From positions 1 to 34,340 of IMG/VR virus record IMGVR_UViG_3300032330_001086: DNA of 34,340 bases. The stretch is one strand, 5' to 3'. Source of the DNA: a virus (Duplodnaviria; Caudoviricetes). Under the pieces are notes generated by a model. The model was not told the origin of the DNA. It saw only the letters and a program-made list of their open reading frames with translations, and searched no databases. The translations under genes and the position numbers were made by a program. Numbering within the stretch: the first letter of the stretch is position 1; each line of letters begins with the position of its first letter. This document shows positions 33,294-34,340 of the stretch, piece by piece.

Positions 33294-34340
33294 TATCCGT
33301 GTTATAACTGGTAAAGCCATTTTCTTTGACCACACGTAGAATATTTTCTACACGAGTGGCCAATTCATCTCTGTGACTCACAAGCCAAATGCTCTTGTTG
33401 CGTTCACGACTCATTTTCTTCAGCAATGCAAGACTGTTCTCCACACCCTGTGTGTCCATGCCGGAATCCACCAACTCGTCAATGAACAACACATTGATAG
33501 GGTGATACAGGCTTTCCCACACATCACGGAACGCCCAACTCATACTTAGTATCAGTCTATTGCGCTCACCGCGGCTCAAGTTATCAAAGTCCAGATCGCG
33601 ACCCAGTTCGGTGATTTCCACACTCAAATCATTTTGAAACACCACTTGATGTGGCAAACCAATACGGTCAAGATAGTGAGTAAGCCTTGCGTTGAGATAA
33701 CTCAAGTTCTGTTCAATGATCTTTTTGCGAATAAAACTGTCTTTGTTTGTGAGTAATTTGAGCAAGAAGTCTTGATGATCCTGCAGTCTTGTGAGTTCAT
33801 TAAGTGTGTCATAACTTACAGTCTGCAAAGCCTGACCTTGCATGTCTTCAATCTGTTCATTGTAGGGATCCACTTCAGTTTCTCTTGCTGCTAGATCCTT
33901 GCGCAGTGTTTCCAAACTGTTGCGATGATTTAATGCATCTTCCAAGGTGTCGTAAAACACTGTGGGTGCACGACCCAGTTCACCCAAGGCAGCGATAGCG
34001 TCTGCGTGTTCTTGACGCTGTGTGTCATTGGCCAAACTCTGTGCAGCAGCTTCTTGCAAACTGTCTTGCTTGGTGTTGCGAATTTCATCTTGTTTGTTGT
34101 CGTGAATGTCCTGGCCGCAGGCATAACACTTGTGATCATCCAAGGCAGCAATTTCTTTTTCCAGTTGCTTGATTAGTTTTTGTTGTTTGGCCTGATCAGT
34201 GTCAATGCTCTTGATCCAGCGATTATGTTCGTCAATCTTGGACTTGCGTTCGTGAAATGATTCCAAGTCCTTGTGTGCCTGTACTTCTTTGTCAATGTCA
34301 ATGTGTTCCAAACTTTCAATAGCACTACGGAAAGCAGCAC
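33280..34340 (-). CDS. gp46: Recombination endonuclease ATPase subunit gp46 (SbcC/Rad50-like), 5'-truncated by the window
   Basis: Zinc hook CYAC, coiled coil, signature LSRGE, Walker B LFIDE, D-loop and VSH switch. Frame is open to the window end. Confidence 0.95.
   Translation of the reverse strand, partial: AAFRSAIESLEHIDIDKEVQAHKDLESFHERKSKIDEHNRWIKSIDTDQAKQQKLIKQLEKEIAALDDHKCYACGQDIHDNKQDEIRNTKQDSLQEAAAQSLANDTQRQEHADAIAALGELGRAPTVFYDTLEDALNHRNSLETLRKDLAARETEVDPYNEQIEDMQGQALQTVSYDTLNELTRLQDHQDFLLKLLTNKDSFIRKKIIEQNLSYLNARLTHYLDRIGLPHQVVFQNDLSVEITELGRDLDFDNLSRGERNRLILSMSWAFRDVWESLYHPINVLFIDELVDSGMDTQGVENSLALLKKMSRERNKSIWLVSHRDELATRVENILRVVKENGFTSYNTDIDLA

Noticed and set aside
1-34340. Stop-codon reassignment as in some large phages
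   Set aside because: Core genes are full length under code 11, and TAA, TAG and TGA all terminate genes

Overview
This window is a 34.3-kb fragment of a large T4-like (Caudoviricetes, myovirus-type) phage genome read with the standard genetic code. It carries most of the virion morphogenesis module: portal gp20, acidic core protein, protease gp21, scaffold gp22, major capsid gp23, neck gp13/gp14, tail terminator gp15, an enlarged 1143-aa sheath gp18, tube gp19, gp54-like, gp4, gp26/gp51-like and a tape-measure-like protein with a peptidase domain. These are interleaved with nucleotide and recombination genes (dNMP kinase, DEDD exonuclease, Nudix, PD-(D/E)xK resolvase, gp46), HNH genes and accessory metabolic genes (peroxiredoxin, TPR-glycosyltransferase, two radical SAM enzymes plus an SDR, and a DUF1415 / ATE-like / DUF6614-like trio). 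The least explained features are: (1) a ~370-nt, densely base-paired ORF-free element at 29835-30206, a candidate large ncRNA or replication-origin primer; (2) a tandem -1 slippery site joining gp26 to a gp51-like ORF; (3) late promoters sitting in the loops of hairpins that hide the ribosome-binding site; (4) widespread apparently leaderless transcripts; (5) a pseudoknotted 5' leader at 16769-16850; and (6) a 33-codon collapsed GIY-YIG homing endonuclease remnant. All family calls come from motif recognition and gene order; no database search was run.
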